Positions 61,804 to 64,000 of a stretch of 64,000 nt of DNA are shown here, one piece after another. The first letter of the stretch is position 1. Every line of letters begins with the position of its first letter. Position numbers and translations under genes: made by a program. The notes under the pieces are model-generated. The model ran no database searches. It saw nothing but the letters and a program-made list of their open reading frames with translations, and was not told where the DNA came from. Origin of the DNA: Gammaproteobacteria bacterium (lineage in GTDB: Bacteria > Pseudomonadota > Gammaproteobacteria > Ga0077536); assembly GCA_016191285.1 (NCBI GenBank), contig JACPPA010000057.1, positions 977 to 64,976 on the forward strand. The letters are read 5' to 3'.

Positions 61804-63411
61804 ATGAATCCAGGACGCTACCCCATTTCCGCCACGACAACGGCTCGCGCCACACCGGGATGGAGCTTAAACACGGCGTTGGCGCCCAGTGCCTTGTTCG
61901 GCGCCAACGGCATGAAATTCGGACCCGATGGCCAACTCTATGTGGCGCAGGCCTTCGGCAGTCAAATCAGCGCACTAAATCCCGAGACGGGGGCGGCGCG
62001 CACCATCGTGCCCGTCGGCAGCGCGGTGGTGGCGCCCGATGATCTTGCGTTTGATACGCATGGCGTGCTGTACATCACCGAAGTCATGAGCGAGCGGGTC
62101 AGCGCACGCCTGCCGGACGGCACGTTGCGCGTGATCGCGGACAACGTGCCGGTTGCCAATGGCATCACGACGCACGGCGATCGTATTTTCATGGATGAGT
62201 TTCGCGTGGGCGGTCGCGTGCTGGAGCTTTTTGCAGATGGCCGCACGCCGCGCGTGATCGCCGAGAATCTCAGGTTACCCAACGCGCTCGCGATGGGCCC
62301 TGATGGCCATCTGTATTTCCCGCAGGTGGCGAACGGCGAGATCTGGCGGGTGGCGGCGGAGGGCGGTCTGCCCGAGCGCGTGACCGCAGGTCTCGCGTTG
62401 CCGACTGCCGCGAAGTTCAGTCCACGCGGCGAGCTTTACACCGTTGAGGCGGCCTCGGGCGATATCACCCGGATCGATCTCCAAACTCGCACTAAGACCA
62501 CGATCGCCAAAGTGCGGCCTGGCATCGACAACTTCGCGTTTACCGCCGATGGTCGACTCTTCGTTTCGCACTTCATCGACGGTGGGGTGGCCGAAATCGA
62601 GGCCGACGGTCGCGAACGGATTCTGGTTGCCGCTGGCTTGCTCGGGCCGTTCGGTCTTGCCACCGGTGCCGATGGTACGTTGTATATCGCCGACGGCATG
62701 AGTCTCGCCGTGCATAAAGCCGATGGCAGCTTGGCAGCGCGTCCGGCCTTGCTGGTGAATCATGATTTTCCAGGCTTCGCGCGCGGCGTTGCCGTGGATG
62801 CCGCTGGGGCGTGCTATCTGACGACCAGCGCGGGCACGGTGGCGCGTTATCTTGCCGGGCAGGAAACGAAGGCCCTTGCGACATCGCTTAACCTTGCCAC
62901 TGGAATTGCACTTGCGGCTGATGGTAGCGTCATTGTGTGTGAGACCGGTGCCGGCCGCGTGTTGAAAATTTCGATGGAGGGTAAAACCACCACCCTGGCG
63001 CGCGGCCTCGCGAGTCCGGTTGGCGTGGTGGCGTTGCCCGATGGCTCGTGTTTCGTCTCGGAATCGGCGGCCGGGCGAGTTGTTCATGTGCAAGGTGGCA
63101 ATGTCACGCCCGTTCTCGCCGGACTGCGCGAACCACACGGTCTCGCGCAGCTCGGCGATACGCTCTTCGTGCTCGATCGCGCCGCGAAAACTTTGACTCA
63201 ATTCACGCGGTCAACCGGCCAGACTGAACTCGTGGCGGAATATTTACCGGTGGGTGCGGCGCCCGGCATCGTGCCCAAAACGCTGCCGGGTATTGCGGAT
63301 GTGATGCCGGGTCCGTTGTTGCCGTTTTCTGATCTCGCGGCCACCGCCGATGGACGAATTCTGATCGGCGCGGATGGCGCCGGTGCGGTGTTGGCCGTGA
63401 CGCGGAAATGA
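61804..63411 (+). CDS. SMP-30/gluconolactonase-like beta-propeller protein
   Basis: Repeats ANGMKFGPDGQLYVA, PDDLAFD, PNALAMGPDGHLY, IDNFAF. Confidence 0.82.
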   Translation: MNPGRYPISATTTARATPGWSLNTALAPSALFGANGMKFGPDGQLYVAQAFGSQISALNPETGAARTIVPVGSAVVAPDDLAFDTHGVLYITEVMSERVSARLPDGTLRVIADNVPVANGITTHGDRIFMDEFRVGGRVLELFADGRTPRVIAENLRLPNALAMGPDGHLYFPQVANGEIWRVAAEGGLPERVTAGLALPTAAKFSPRGELYTVEAASGDITRIDLQTRTKTTIAKVRPGIDNFAFTADGRLFVSHFIDGGVAEIEADGRERILVAAGLLGPFGLATGADGTLYIADGMSLAVHKADGSLAARPALLVNHDFPGFARGVAVDAAGACYLTTSAGTVARYLAGQETKALATSLNLATGIALAADGSVIVCETGAGRVLKISMEGKTTTLARGLASPVGVVALPDGSCFVSESAAGRVVHVQGGNVTPVLAGLREPHGLAQLGDTLFVLDRAAKTLTQFTRSTGQTELVAEYLPVGAAPGIVPKTLPGIADVMPGPLLPFSDLAATADGRILIGADGAGAVLAVTRK

Positions 63412-63449
63412 AGATCCCCAACCCCTAAAGAGTGGTCTGGAGTCTGCTC

Positions 63450-64000
63450 ATGCGAACGTTGATTCAACACCGTCGTGGCCGTACCACGCGGCAGTCGCAT
63501 CGCGATCTCGATGACATGCTGGTGACGAATTAACCCAGGATGGTTTCGATGGACGTTCCGCCGTTCTCTACCGCGCCAATGATCCCACCAAGTGTCGCGC
63601 GACCGGCCGCTTCCGGACGACGATGGTGCAAAGTTCGGCACTTATGACCAACGATTTCAACGATCCCGCCGGCCTACCGCAGCGCTTGTTTTATAACGCG
63701 GATTGCGCGATCTGGTGTTCGCGCCGCAACGCCTCGATGCCGTATTACCGCCGCAATGTGGATGGTGACGAGTGCTGGCTTGTGCATCGGGGGCGCGGTA
63801 CGGTGGAAACGGAATTCGGACCGCTCGCCTTCGAATCCGGTGACTATGTGGTGATCCCGAAATCGATCACCCATCGCTGGGTGATGGCGAGTACTGAATC
63901 GGTGCTATTCGGCTGCGAGACGATCGGCGAGCTAAGCGCGCTGCGCCGACGAATGGGAACAACACCCGCGGCTCGAATGGGAAATGATCATGATTGAAAC
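63450..64000 (+). pseudogene. Homogentisate 1,2-dioxygenase-like cupin, frameshifted (window edge)
   Basis: MRTLIQHRRG..RQSH, frameshift near 63521, DELTQDGFDG..LY, RNVDGDE..VHRG...ETEFG..GDYVVIPK; second break near 63935. Confidence 0.72.

Overview
GC-rich (roughly 60%) chromosomal window, probably from a gammaproteobacterium (inferred from the tRNA-Arg body, pntAB, actP, eutBC and REP types). It is dominated by catabolic and redox genes: a Rieske oxygenase, SDRs, LLM/F420-type oxidoreductases, two P450s, an epoxide hydrolase and GSTs. An accessory island of about 12 kb (~18.2-30.0 kb) ends at a tRNA-Arg with an unusual UCG anticodon and a dead integrase. The island carries an intact group-6-type soluble di-iron monooxygenase operon (alpha-beta-coupling-reductase) with a divergent AraC regulator. 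It also carries a ferredoxin / ferritin-like di-iron 'metal-dependent hydrolase' / styrene-oxide-isomerase (StyC-like) operon, plus a VapBC pair and IS relics. Elsewhere are a deleted toluene-monooxygenase relic, a HepT/MntA toxin-antitoxin pair, a Y1 (RAYT-like) transposase bracketed by perfect 23-bp inverted repeats whose motif recurs at a distant gene-fragment junction, and a tightly coupled TIGR04255-like three-gene module that may be a toxin-antitoxin-chaperone defence system. Several families of palindromic repeats/MITEs and many deletion-scarred pseudogenes are also present. All family assignments come from motif recognition by eye, not from database searches.
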